A stretch of DNA of 64,000 nt, taken from the NCBI GenBank assembly GCA_035484435.1, contig DATHOY010000041.1, positions 1,039 through 65,038 of the forward strand, read 5' to 3'. The DNA is from Vulcanimicrobiaceae bacterium (GTDB lineage Bacteria > Acidobacteriota > Terriglobia > Acidiferrales > UBA7541). Below, in pieces: positions 48,953 to 58,786 of this stretch. The notes under the pieces were generated by a model. That model ran no database searches. It was given only the letters and a program-made list of their open reading frames with translations, and had not been told where the DNA came from. Position 1 is the first letter of the stretch. Each line of letters opens with the position of its first letter. The position numbers and the translations under genes are program-made.

Positions 48953-50587
48953 TCACAAACGAAAACAGAAAACGTCACTTCCCGCGGCGATCGCGACCTG
49001 TTGATTCCCATTCACAGCGAAACTCATGGGCGAGGCAGTGATGCTCTGGCCGGTAGAGAAATGCCAGAGGGGAGCGCCCGTGCTTGCGTCCACCGCTTCG
49101 AACGACTCGGCGTCGTCTCCGAAAAAGACCAGGCCGCCTGCCGTGGTCATCGTGCCGGCGCTCGATCGCCCGGATCCTACTTGCGGGTATTTCCAGGCCG
49201 GCTTGGAGGAGGAAAGGCCGTACGCCAGCAGAATTTTTCTGCCCGTGTCGCCAGGACTCCGTTTCGCGCCGGTCGCGTAGTACATGTGCCCGGGAACGAA
49301 TTTTTGTTCGCCGCGAAAATAAAGGCTGCAGTTTTCCGACGCCAGAAAATAAAACAGGCCGGTCGACGGATTGTAGGAAGGCGCGTACCAGTTCGTCGCG
49401 CCGGAAAATCCCGGGCAAACGCGAGAGCCTTTCTCCGTCGGGATCACTCCCGTAAGAATAGGCCGTCCGTTCCTATCGATTCCCTTCGCCCAATTCAATT
49501 TCTCCACGAACGGAACCGCGGAAAGAAATTTTCCATCCACGCGATCCAGAATGTAGAAATAACCGTTGCGGTTTGCTTCGACCAGCAGTTTCCGCGCTTT
49601 CCCCTGGTATTCCGCATCAACCAGAACGGGAGTCTCCGTCGCGTCGTAGTCGTAGAGATCGTGCGGCGTGAATTGGAAGTGCCACTTCAGCTTGCCCGTG
49701 TCCGGATCCAGGGCCACGACGCAGTCCGTGTACAGATCATCGCCGGGCCGCGTGTCTCCGTTGAAGTCCGGAGCGGGATTGCTGGTTCCCCAAAACAGGG
49801 TGTTCAATTCCGGGTCGAACGTACCCGGCATCCATGTAGTGCCGCCGCCGAGAAGATAGGCTTTGCCAGGCCAACTTTCCGATCCTGGCTCGCCGGGACC
49901 CGGTATGGTCCAGAATCGCCACGCCAGCTTTCCCGACTCCGCATCGTACGCCGAAACGAATCCGCGAACGCCGTCATCGCCGCCGGACGTCCCCACGATC
50001 AACTTGTCCTTTACCAGCAAGGGAGCGCTGGTGGCGCCGTAGTTTTTGTTGCCATCCGTGTAAGCAACATCCCAAATCAAATTGCCCGAACGCGCATCGA
50101 GGCACAGCAAGTGGGCGTTGTCCGTCTCCATGTACACGCGCGAATGCCATATCGCCACGCCGCGGTTGTGATGCTCTGCCGCGTCGTCGATCAATCCTTG
50201 CGTGACAGGCCGCGCGTAGTGCCAAACGATCCGTCCCGAGAGGGCATCCAGCGCATACGCATCGTTGGCCGACGTCACGAACATCACGCCTTCGTACACG
50301 ACAGGCGTTACCTCTAACGCGCTCGAATTGGGCGCATGAAACACCCAACTCACCCGCAATCGGCCCACGTTATTCTTGTTGATCTGATCCAGAGAACTAA
50401 ACCGTCTCCCGGTGTAGTCTCCATTGTAGGAGAGCCAATTCGCACCGATTGGTTGGGAAAGCAATTTTTCAGGCGCAAGATCAACTTTGGCGACGGCCGA
50501 ACTTTGCTCGGACGGTGCAAGATTTCCCGGCAACGCCAGGCACCCGGCCAGCACCGCCTCCGCAAGGAAGTACCCTCTCCGGCTCAT
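48953..50587 (-). CDS. PQQ-type beta-propeller dehydrogenase (acidobacterial quinoprotein-like)
   Basis: NWLSYNGDY..RRFSSLDQIN, EVTPVVYEG, NRGVA, ATSAPL, WGTSNP, FQFTPHDLYDYD, ANRNG, CPG..GATNW. Confidence 0.9.
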   Translation of the reverse strand: MSRRGYFLAEAVLAGCLALPGNLAPSEQSSAVAKVDLAPEKLLSQPIGANWLSYNGDYTGRRFSSLDQINKNNVGRLRVSWVFHAPNSSALEVTPVVYEGVMFVTSANDAYALDALSGRIVWHYARPVTQGLIDDAAEHHNRGVAIWHSRVYMETDNAHLLCLDARSGNLIWDVAYTDGNKNYGATSAPLLVKDKLIVGTSGGDDGVRGFVSAYDAESGKLAWRFWTIPGPGEPGSESWPGKAYLLGGGTTWMPGTFDPELNTLFWGTSNPAPDFNGDTRPGDDLYTDCVVALDPDTGKLKWHFQFTPHDLYDYDATETPVLVDAEYQGKARKLLVEANRNGYFYILDRVDGKFLSAVPFVEKLNWAKGIDRNGRPILTGVIPTEKGSRVCPGFSGATNWYAPSYNPSTGLFYFLASENCSLYFRGEQKFVPGHMYYATGAKRSPGDTGRKILLAYGLSSSKPAWKYPQVGSGRSSAGTMTTAGGLVFFGDDAESFEAVDASTGAPLWHFSTGQSITASPMSFAVNGNQQVAIAAGSDVFCFRL

Positions 50588-50648
50588 GAACCCTTCACGC
50601 CTCCGTATTCGGACCTCGGGTATTCCGCATTCGATCGAGAAAGTTCAA

Positions 50649-51521
50649 TTACTTCGCGGCGACCTTTCGGCGCGAAACAGGACGCTCTCGTCGCACTTTC
50701 CGCGCGTGCTGCACAGTCGCCCGCCCAATGGCAACTGGATGATATTTAGTCCCTTGAAACCCGAGTTCGCGCGATATTTTTATTCCGGCATCGCGCACCA
50801 GCGGCGCAATTTCGCGGAGACGGTTTGTGGACATCCGTACGGCCGGGCCGGTCACGCTCAAGCTGGCATTTACCGCGCCCGTGTGGTCCCAGATCGGGGC
50901 CGCAATGCAGCGGATATGCGGTTCGTGTTCCTCAAGGTCGCAGGCAAAACCGTCTTTTCTTACTCTCATCAGTTGTGCATGCAGTTCCTGAATGCTCCCG
51001 ACCGTATTCTCTGTAAAGCGGCGCAACTCCAGTTCATTGACAACTCTCTCCTGCTCCTCCGGCTCAAGATAGGCAAGCATCACCTTGCCCACCGCCGTGC
51101 AGTAGAGTGGAACGCTGGCTCCAATCCGCGAGTGAATCCGCAGCGGCTCAGGAGATTCCATCTTTTCGATATATACGGCCGTCAACTTGTGCCTGACCGT
51201 AAGGTGAACAGTTTCCCGCGTGCTCCGGTTCAACTGTTCCAGGTGAGCGAAGCTCGCCTTTCGAACATCCAGTTGTTCCCGGGCTGCCTGTCCAAGCGAT
51301 ACACAAGCCACGCCCAGGTGATAGTTGTTCAGCTCATCCTTGGCAAGAAACCCGCCCGCTTCCAAATTGACCAGGAAGCGGTGGACCGTGCTCACAGGCA
51401 AAGCGGAGAGTTTCGCAATTTCTGAGGCGGGGAGCCCTCGCCCGGCCTGGCCCATTAGTTGCAACATGCGCAGGCCGCGTTGAAGGGAGGTGATGTTGTA
51501 TTCCCGCTTTTGGACACTCAT
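50649..51521 (-). CDS. IclR family transcriptional regulator (KdgR-like)
   Basis: SLQRGLRML, LPVSTVHRFL HTH, ETVHL, PLYCTAVGK, CIAAPI, LSVTGP. Confidence 0.93.
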   Translation of the reverse strand: MSVQKREYNITSLQRGLRMLQLMGQAGRGLPASEIAKLSALPVSTVHRFLVNLEAGGFLAKDELNNYHLGVACVSLGQAAREQLDVRKASFAHLEQLNRSTRETVHLTVRHKLTAVYIEKMESPEPLRIHSRIGASVPLYCTAVGKVMLAYLEPEEQERVVNELELRRFTENTVGSIQELHAQLMRVRKDGFACDLEEHEPHIRCIAAPIWDHTGAVNASLSVTGPAVRMSTNRLREIAPLVRDAGIKISRELGFQGTKYHPVAIGRATVQHARKVRRERPVSRRKVAAK

Positions 51522-51557
51522 GAGAAATGGTCCGCCCCGGTGAAAAATGAAAATCCA

Positions 51558-51572
51558 ATTCACTGCATGAAA
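51558..51572. promoter_or_regulatory. Putative IclR-type operator ATTCA-N5-TGAAA
   Basis: Imperfect palindrome upstream of the IclR gene, matching the sites at 52618 and 54754. Confidence 0.5.
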
Positions 51573-51637
51573 ACATATACTACAGACGCGGAAGAGAATC
51601 CAGTCGCAATTCCGGCCGCTCGGAAGCAAGCAATCCC

Positions 51638-52423
51638 CTATAGACGGCCTAACTGCTTTACACCCTCCATGATTGACCGCGCCTTCTCGATGATCGGGTA
51701 CATGGAGTGTTCTTTAAAGTCCAACTGCTGGGCCAGGGCAAGAACCTTCTCCGCCGCCTCACGGGGAACAACCGCCACACCATCTGGGTCAGCCACCACA
51801 ATGTCGCCGGGTCTCACCGCAACTCCGTCGCACTGGATCGGCACATTCGCGCCCGCAAACCGGTAGTGATGCACAGAGGTAGACGGGACGATGCCCGTTG
51901 CGAACACCGGGAAGCCAATTTTCCCTAAGTACGCCACATCTCTCACCCCGCCGTCGATTACTGCGCCTGAGAAATTGCGCGCGGACATAGCGGTTCCCAT
52001 CAACCCGCCCATTCCGGCGATGTCGGCTCCCTCATCCACCTGCATCACGTACACCGAATTCCTCGGCCCTTCGTCAATAGCGGTCAGCATTCCATTCAGC
52101 GCCGCGGCGTCTTCATTTTCCTCTTTCTTCAAATGCACTGTCAGCGCAAATCCCGCGAACTTGCTCGGGAAGATCGGCCGCATCCGGTGCGTCATGTAAA
52201 GCTTCTTGCCAAGGATCTGTTCCGCCGCGTCAGAGACCGAAGCGACTTCGACGTGCCGGAACGATTCGATCAGGGCGGCGTCATCTTTCTTCGACGCGTC
52301 CTGCGTGGCCTCGGCTCGCACCCTTTTGCTCAAGAAAACTACGCCGGTAATCGCAAAAATGGAGAGTGAAAATATTAGGAATACTCGGCCAGTGGTTCGC
52401 CGGGAATTCAAGAACGGTTTCAT
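51638..52423 (-). CDS. RraA/HMG-aldolase family protein with N-terminal signal or anchor
   Basis: VASVSDA, FAGFALT, GGLMGT..AVIDGGVRD, VRPGDIVVADPDGVAVVP; hydrophobic leader ending VRA. Confidence 0.85.
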   Translation of the reverse strand: MKPFLNSRRTTGRVFLIFSLSIFAITGVVFLSKRVRAEATQDASKKDDAALIESFRHVEVASVSDAAEQILGKKLYMTHRMRPIFPSKFAGFALTVHLKKEENEDAAALNGMLTAIDEGPRNSVYVMQVDEGADIAGMGGLMGTAMSARNFSGAVIDGGVRDVAYLGKIGFPVFATGIVPSTSVHHYRFAGANVPIQCDGVAVRPGDIVVADPDGVAVVPREAAEKVLALAQQLDFKEHSMYPIIEKARSIMEGVKQLGRL

Positions 52424-52617
52424 GGTTCCTTCCTTTGTACTTCGCCTTTCATGCGGCGATTTCTTGCAATCAGACAAAACCCTTCACCAGGTTTGTTGGA
52501 AATTGCCCGCCACATAAAACTCAATCCAACGGCTTCTCGTAGAAAATGGTTGACACATCCCGTGCGGCTGGGCTATCTGCTTACAGACCCGGAGAGTTTT
52601 TATCATTAGAGCGCAGG

Positions 52618-52632
52618 TTTCACCAGTTGAAA
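52618..52632. promoter_or_regulatory. Putative IclR-type operator TTTCA-N5-TGAAA
   Basis: Perfect half-site palindrome in the divergent intergenic region; TTGACA at 52550-52555. Confidence 0.6.
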
Positions 52633-52730
52633 ATCGTGTTTCCTCGCACTGATGCTTGATTTCTGCCGGGTATCTCAGCTTGGCTGCGTCCTTTTTTTCA
52701 TACCTATGGGCTTCATTCGAGGAATTTCGA

Positions 52731-53612
52731 ATGTCCGTTGCTAGCCGCAGTAATCATTTAATCGTTGCGCCTCCGTCAAAAATCATGCGCCGACTGACGA
52801 GTTTTGCCGCCGTTGCTTCGTTCGCGGCCTTTGCCTTGCATGCTGACTCGCCGCAGGATGCGCAGAAATCTCCGGCGAAACGCCCGCTACCCACTGCCTC
52901 GTCATCCGGCGGTCAACAAATCTTCGACTCCTCCTGTGCGTCCTGCCACGGATTGGATGGCAGAGGTGGTGAACGCGCACCCGACATCGCAACCCGACCG
53001 GAGATCGCGCGTCTCTCCGACCAGGACCTCTTGAAAGTCCTACGCTCGGGCATTCCCGAAAAAGGTATGCCTTCCTTTGCGGGGCTCGGATCAGCCAAGC
53101 TTTCCGCTTTGTTGAGTTACGTGCGATCTCTGCAAGGAAAGGGAACTGCGATGCCCGTTGTTGGCAACACGGAAAAGGGCAAGGATCTCTATTGGGGCAA
53201 AGCCGGTTGTTCGGATTGCCATATGGTTAACGGTGCCGGCGGATTTCTGGGGCCTGACCTTTCAAAGTACGGCGAGAACCATTCCGTTACAGAAATTCAT
53301 GCCGCAATCGTGAAACCGGAGAAAATTCCCGGGACGCGCGGCCATGTTGCCGAAATTACCGCCAAAGACGGGAAGGTGTACTCCGGCTTGGTGCGCAACG
53401 AGGATAACTTTTCCCTGCAATTGCTTTCTCTGGACGGAACCTTTCACCTCTTCTTGAAGTCCGATTTGGCTGAGATCCATTTTCGCCAGGAATCTCTCAT
53501 GCCCGCCGACTACGGCTCCAGGTTGAGCGTCGCGGACCTGGACGCATTGGCCGCGTATCTGGCAAGCCTTTCGCGTACGAAGCAGAAGCGTGGCGATGAG
53601 TTTGAGTTCTAG
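52731..53612 (+). CDS. Diheme cytochrome c, likely electron acceptor for the quinoprotein
   Basis: CASCH and CSDCH, GMPSF, GPDLS, G..RNEDNFSLQL, SLMPADY; signal peptide. Confidence 0.88.
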   Translation: MSVASRSNHLIVAPPSKIMRRLTSFAAVASFAAFALHADSPQDAQKSPAKRPLPTASSSGGQQIFDSSCASCHGLDGRGGERAPDIATRPEIARLSDQDLLKVLRSGIPEKGMPSFAGLGSAKLSALLSYVRSLQGKGTAMPVVGNTEKGKDLYWGKAGCSDCHMVNGAGGFLGPDLSKYGENHSVTEIHAAIVKPEKIPGTRGHVAEITAKDGKVYSGLVRNEDNFSLQLLSLDGTFHLFLKSDLAEIHFRQESLMPADYGSRLSVADLDALAAYLASLSRTKQKRGDEFEF

Positions 53613-53714
53613 AGGGGCGAGTCCCAAATGATGAATTGGATGCCGGCGAGACTTGATAAAAAGCCCCTAATACAAAGGGTTTTGCGCGCTGGAAAAAAGT
53701 GGGCGCCTTCAGTA

Positions 53715-54695
53715 ATGCGCGGCTTTTCGCTTGTCTTCCTCACTATGGGAGTCGCCACGCTTTGGGCCGCGAAGACCCATCCCGAGCAACGCAAGTTCGA
53801 ATTGAAAGCTGAATCATCCGCGTTTTGGAAACTGATCCCGCCCGACGCCGCGCTCGCAACTCTTGCCACTGGATTGGGTTTTACTGAAGGGCCGGTATGG
53901 GACCCATCGGGTTTTCTCTATGTGAGTGACGAAGAGCTCAACAAAATTTTCCGCATCTATCTGGACGGCCGCAAGGAAGAGTTGATCTCACTCGGGGATC
54001 CCGACGGAAATACCTACGACAGCCAGAATCAACTTCTCGATTGCGCGAGCTACCTTCGCGCGATTATTCGCATCAGCCCCGCCGGAAAGATTCAGGTGCT
54101 GGCGGACAAGTTTGAAGGCAAACGGTTCAACAGTCCCAACGACATCGTTATGGGGCCGGACGGCGCGATCTATTTTACCGACCCAACTCTCGATTTGCCG
54201 CCGGGCCAAAAAAAGGAGCTCCCCTATCAAGGCGTGTATCGCCTGGACTCCCGCGGCCGCGTAACCTTGCTCACTTCGGAGCTCTCCCAGCCCAATGGTC
54301 TGGCCTTTTCTCCGGACGGCACCAGGTTCTACGTGGACGACAGCGAAAAGCGAAACATTCGCGTCTACGACTTTCGGCCCGATGGCACTTTGGCGAACGG
54401 CCGCATCTTTGGCGAGGAGCCGGGCACCAAAGGCGACGGCGTGCCGGACGGGATGAAAGTGGATCTAGCCGGCAATCTTTTCGTCACCGGGCCCGGAGGA
54501 ATTTGGGTTTGGGACCCACACGGGCGCCATTTGGGCACGATCCTCTTGCCGGAGCAACCCGCGAATCTCGCGTGGGGCGATGCGGACCTCGCCACTCTCT
54601 ACATAACCGCCACCACCTCCGTGTATCGCCTGAAAACCGGTACGCGAGGTTTCGTACCCTACTCAGTAAGCAAATCGAACAGTAGCCGCAAGTGA
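53715..54695 (+). CDS. Exported SMP-30/gluconolactonase family protein
   Basis: FTEGPVW, FNSPNDI, YFTDP, PNGLAFSPDG, PDGMKVD; signal MRGFSLVFLTMGVATLWA. Confidence 0.92.
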   Translation: MRGFSLVFLTMGVATLWAAKTHPEQRKFELKAESSAFWKLIPPDAALATLATGLGFTEGPVWDPSGFLYVSDEELNKIFRIYLDGRKEELISLGDPDGNTYDSQNQLLDCASYLRAIIRISPAGKIQVLADKFEGKRFNSPNDIVMGPDGAIYFTDPTLDLPPGQKKELPYQGVYRLDSRGRVTLLTSELSQPNGLAFSPDGTRFYVDDSEKRNIRVYDFRPDGTLANGRIFGEEPGTKGDGVPDGMKVDLAGNLFVTGPGGIWVWDPHGRHLGTILLPEQPANLAWGDADLATLYITATTSVYRLKTGTRGFVPYSVSKSNSSRK

Positions 54696-54745
54696 ACGGG
54701 CGCTGCGCCGCCCGCGCCTCCCTTTCCGGAAATATTATTCCGGGC

Positions 54746-54774
54746 TTGACAGGTTCCATCAGGTGGAATATGTT
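54746..54774 (+). promoter_or_regulatory. Sigma70 promoter TTGACA-N17-TATGTT with palindrome TTCCA-N5-TGGAA in the spacer
   Basis: Read directly; operator at 54754-54768 lies between -35 and -10. Confidence 0.7.
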
Positions 54775-54918
54775 TTCGCCCAATGGGAGTGGCGCTCGAC
54801 AGGTGAAATACCTTCTCGAAGAGGAACAAACCTGCCCGCGCCGTTGGGGTCGCGAATCTCAGTCGAGAGTTTCTCGGCAGGCTTCAAAACTATCGATTGC
54901 CCGCACCGGGGAGGGTTA

Positions 54919-57900
54919 ATGCGAAAGTGCAATTGTTTCTTCGCTCTTTTTATTTTTTTGGCTGCTGCGATGATTTTTAACGCGGGACTTGTGCGCGCGG
55001 ACGTGACTGGTTCGGTTCTCGGCACCGTGCGCGACAGTTCGCAGGCGATAGTTTCTGGCGCGCACGTCACCATCACGAATGCACAAACGAACCTCAAGCA
55101 GGAAACGGTTTCTGGGGCTGACGGCACCTACCGGTTCCTCGCACTCGCCGCTGGCGTGTACAAACTCACCGTCACCGCCCCTGGATTCAAAACCTACAGT
55201 ACGACAGCTATCGACGTGAAAGTGAACGACCAGTTGCAGGTCGATGTGACCCTCAGCGTGGGCTCGGCTACCGAAGTTATCAGCATTGAAGCCAACGCCG
55301 TCCAGGTGCAAACCGAGAGCACGCAACTTGGCGACGTTATCGATTCCAAGAAAATGCTCGCTCTTCCCCTGAACGGCCGCAGCTTCATCGATCTGCTCGG
55401 CCTACAGGCGGGCGTGGCTCCCGCCACCGCCGAGACGATCCAGCAGGACCGTCCGGTATCGGGCGGCTTAAGCGCCGGTAACATCTCCGTGAATGGCCAG
55501 CGCGAAACGGCGAACGCTTTCCTGGTGAATGGCGGCGACGTCAGTGAAGGGCGCAACCTCGGCGCGGGCATGGTGCCCAATTTGGATTCCATCGAGGAAT
55601 TTCGCCTCATCACCAATAGTTTTGACGCGGAGTATGGGAAATTCAGCGGCGCGGTCGTAAATGCCATCACCAAATCCGGCACCAACAGCTTTCATGGGGA
55701 CGCCTTCGAATTTTTGCGAAACGACAAGCTGGATGCCAAGAATTTCTTTTTCGGGTCCAAATCCGAGTTGCGGCGCAATCAATTCGGCTATGCGGCGGGA
55801 GGGCCTGTCTGGAAGAACAAAATCTTCTGGTTCTCGGACTACCAGGGCACACGCGAGGTGAAAGGCGCGGAAGCCAGCCAGGTTACGGTACCCACGACAG
55901 ACCAGCGTGGAGGTAACTTTAATTTAGGATCGTTCGAAACGACCGACTCCAATGGAAACCCGATACCTACAACAGTAGACGGCGGGTACTGGGCCCAGGT
56001 GTTGTCGACGCGCTTAGGTTACTCCGTTACACCGGGAGAGTCATATGCCGAAGTGCAGGTACCGGACAGCAGCCCACTTGGGTACCACATGGCATTCTGT
56101 ACCAGCAATACTCAATGCGTGTTTCCTAATGGCATGGTCCCACAGACAGCTTGGTCAGCTCCCTCCAAGGCCATACTTCCGTATATTCCGGCGCCGACGG
56201 TTGCAGGAGTAAGCGCAAATAACTATTCGAATAACAGCGGGAAAAACATAACCAACGACGACAAAATTGGCGAGCGCATCGATTTCAACAACCAGAGGAC
56301 GGGGAATTGGTCCTGGTATTACCATTTCGATCGCTCCAACCTAGATGCGGCGCTGTTACCGTCCTCACAGGGTGGTTTCGCCTCTGTGCCGGGCTTTCCC
56401 ACAGTCTCGCCTTCGCGAGCGCAAGAGTTCGTGATGAGCAACACCAAGACTCTGGGAGCGACAGCGGTCAACGAGGCGCGGTTCAGCTTATTCCGTACTG
56501 CTCTGCGTTTAAACAACCCGGCTGGGAGTTTCGCCCAGCTTTCTGACCTGGGTTTCAACAATGCTAATGGCCTCGGCATTATCCCGCTGGCCGGATATCC
56601 GCAGTATGTGCCGCAGATCACCTTTCCCAACATCGGCAACAACGGCTTGAACATTGGCGTGCCCACGCTGAATACCTTCCAACCCAATACCACCTACGCA
56701 GTTAGTGACGTATTTTCGAAGAGCCAGGGCAAACACACCTGGAAGGTTGGCGGGGAATTTCGCTACCTGCAAGTGAATGAACGTAACTTTGCCAATCCGA
56801 ATGGTGGCTTCACATTTGATGGCACGGTGACAGGAGCCCCTTTTGCGGACTACCTGCTTGGCGCGACTTCAACCACCAGCGCGCCGTACACCCAGGCCGC
56901 GGAACAATTCCTGGATTCGCGCACACGTTATGGTGGCGCCTTCTTCCAGGATTCCTGGAAGGTAAAATCCAATCTCACGCTGAACCTGGGGCTGCGCTGG
57001 GAAGTCAGTATGCCGTGGTACGATACGCAAGGAAAGATCCAGACCTTTGTCCCCGGGCTTCAGTCAACCACTTTCCCGCTTTCTCCTACCGGCTTGGTAT
57101 TCCCAGGAGACCCGGGCATTCCGAAAACTTTGGCTCCAACGAAATATAACAACTTCGGTCCTCGACTGGGTCTGGCGTATTCGCCGGGATTTTCCGACGG
57201 CATACTGGGCAAAATATTTGGCGGCCCTGGCAAATCCAGCGTCCGAGCGTCCTACGGTCTGTACTACACCTCGGTTGAGGACCTGAACCTGTTTTACGAA
57301 GTGGCGGATGCGCCGTTCGGCCTCTATTGGACCTCGCCTGTCTCGGTCATGTTTGACGAACCTTTCCGAGTTAGAGCCACCGGGGCCTCCTTGAACCAGC
57401 GCTTTCCCTTCACTGCGCCGGTTCCGGGCGCACCATCGAACCAGACGCTGGATTTTTCCGTGTACGAGCCCTTCAATTTTTTCCCGGGCTACGACATTCA
57501 CAACAAGCTGCCTTACGCGGAGCACTTCAATCTTTCGATCCAACGCGAGCTAACCAAGTCAACGGTGCTGACCGTGGCTTACGTCGGGACCGAGGGGCAC
57601 CGCCTTATCACTCAGAAGGACGCGAATCCTGGGTCCGCCGCACTATGCCAGCAACTCACGGCGGAAAATGCGATAGACGTGACCGCGGGAGGAACCCTTG
57701 GCTGCGGACCTGGCAACGAGAACGACGTTTTCCAAGTGACACCTGGCGCCCCATGTCTGCCAGCGGCTGGTCAGCCATTTAGTCCTACCCCTGTCCCGGG
57801 ATGCGTTTACAGCACCCGGCAGTCCATCTTAAATCCAAACTTCTGTCCCGGCGGGGCGCAGGTTTGCTTCGGCTCCAACAACACCAATACCCTTACGAGC

Positions 57901-58656
57901 GCCAATTCCATCTACAACGCCGCCCAAATCACGGTCGAGCGCAAGGCCAACGATTTTACATTCCTGGCAGCGTATACGTTCGCGAAAGGCCTGGATGATT
58001 CTTCGGCGTTCAACGACCTGGTGAACTTCGAAAACCCCAAGTTGAGCCGGGGGCTTTCCTCGAGCGACATCACGCACAATTTTGTCGTCAGTTATATTTG
58101 GGCCGTCCCATTTGATCGGGCTTTCGCCAACGCGCCCAAGCGCTTGACCCAAGGCTGGCAGATTCAGGGAATCACGCGGTTCTCTACCGGTTTCCCCATT
58201 CAGTTGAACCAGGGCAGCGATGATATTTCGTTGGCCGGAAGCTCCGCGACAGACATGCCGGATCGCGTGGGGCCGGTTGTCAAGTGGGACCCGCGAAAGC
58301 GGAGTACCTCTTGTGACTCCTACGATCCCACCGCTCCGGATCCGAGCCAGACTGGTTATGGATGCTACTTCCTGACCGGTGCATTTGCCCCCAACACAAC
58401 TCTGGGAACGTTTGGCACCGCCAACCGGCGCTTCTTCCACGGCCCCGGCTTCAACAACACCGATTTCGGAATAACAAAGCGAACGCAAATTAAAGAGAAT
58501 TTCGCTTTCGACCTGCGATTCGAATTTTTCAACATCTTCAACCATGCGCAATTCAAGAATCCAGATGGAAACATCAACGATACGGGCGGCTTCGGAGTCG
58601 TCACGTCCGCGCGTGATCCGCGTATTGGGCAGGTCAGCGCGAAGTTCTACTGGTAG
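54919..58656 (+). CDS. TonB-dependent receptor (acidobacterial type)
   Basis: Signal peptide; LPLNGRSF, IEEFRLITNSFDAEYG, FEFLRND, RNQFGYAAGGP, FFQDSWKV, NNFGPRLG; terminal KFYW. Confidence 0.93.
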   Translation: MRKCNCFFALFIFLAAAMIFNAGLVRADVTGSVLGTVRDSSQAIVSGAHVTITNAQTNLKQETVSGADGTYRFLALAAGVYKLTVTAPGFKTYSTTAIDVKVNDQLQVDVTLSVGSATEVISIEANAVQVQTESTQLGDVIDSKKMLALPLNGRSFIDLLGLQAGVAPATAETIQQDRPVSGGLSAGNISVNGQRETANAFLVNGGDVSEGRNLGAGMVPNLDSIEEFRLITNSFDAEYGKFSGAVVNAITKSGTNSFHGDAFEFLRNDKLDAKNFFFGSKSELRRNQFGYAAGGPVWKNKIFWFSDYQGTREVKGAEASQVTVPTTDQRGGNFNLGSFETTDSNGNPIPTTVDGGYWAQVLSTRLGYSVTPGESYAEVQVPDSSPLGYHMAFCTSNTQCVFPNGMVPQTAWSAPSKAILPYIPAPTVAGVSANNYSNNSGKNITNDDKIGERIDFNNQRTGNWSWYYHFDRSNLDAALLPSSQGGFASVPGFPTVSPSRAQEFVMSNTKTLGATAVNEARFSLFRTALRLNNPAGSFAQLSDLGFNNANGLGIIPLAGYPQYVPQITFPNIGNNGLNIGVPTLNTFQPNTTYAVSDVFSKSQGKHTWKVGGEFRYLQVNERNFANPNGGFTFDGTVTGAPFADYLLGATSTTSAPYTQAAEQFLDSRTRYGGAFFQDSWKVKSNLTLNLGLRWEVSMPWYDTQGKIQTFVPGLQSTTFPLSPTGLVFPGDPGIPKTLAPTKYNNFGPRLGLAYSPGFSDGILGKIFGGPGKSSVRASYGLYYTSVEDLNLFYEVADAPFGLYWTSPVSVMFDEPFRVRATGASLNQRFPFTAPVPGAPSNQTLDFSVYEPFNFFPGYDIHNKLPYAEHFNLSIQRELTKSTVLTVAYVGTEGHRLITQKDANPGSAALCQQLTAENAIDVTAGGTLGCGPGNENDVFQVTPGAPCLPAAGQPFSPTPVPGCVYSTRQSILNPNFCPGGAQVCFGSNNTNTLTSANSIYNAAQITVERKANDFTFLAAYTFAKGLDDSSAFNDLVNFENPKLSRGLSSSDITHNFVVSYIWAVPFDRAFANAPKRLTQGWQIQGITRFSTGFPIQLNQGSDDISLAGSSATDMPDRVGPVVKWDPRKRSTSCDSYDPTAPDPSQTGYGCYFLTGAFAPNTTLGTFGTANRRFFHGPGFNNTDFGITKRTQIKENFAFDLRFEFFNIFNHAQFKNPDGNINDTGGFGVVTSARDPRIGQVSAKFYW

Positions 58657-58786
58657 AATGCAAGTGCGGTCAGGGGTGCTCCCCTGCGCTCCTGATTCCA
58701 CTTCGCCACACACTGTTGAATAGTGGCCTGGCGGAGGGCGCAGAGGTGCACGCGCGCCAATTCCGACAACTGGAAGCAGCCGCAAA

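Noticed and set aside
5482-50317. Long antisense ORFs (5482..7107, 11291..12709, 43918..45300, 48941..50317 and others)
   Set aside because: Shadow frames of well-supported genes in GC-rich DNA, with no recognisable motifs
48953-50587. Methanol dehydrogenase (XoxF/MxaF), implying methylotrophy together with the FDH
   Set aside because: Lacks the vicinal disulfide and canonical Glu ligand; no xoxG/xoxJ; sits in a kdgK-eda operon
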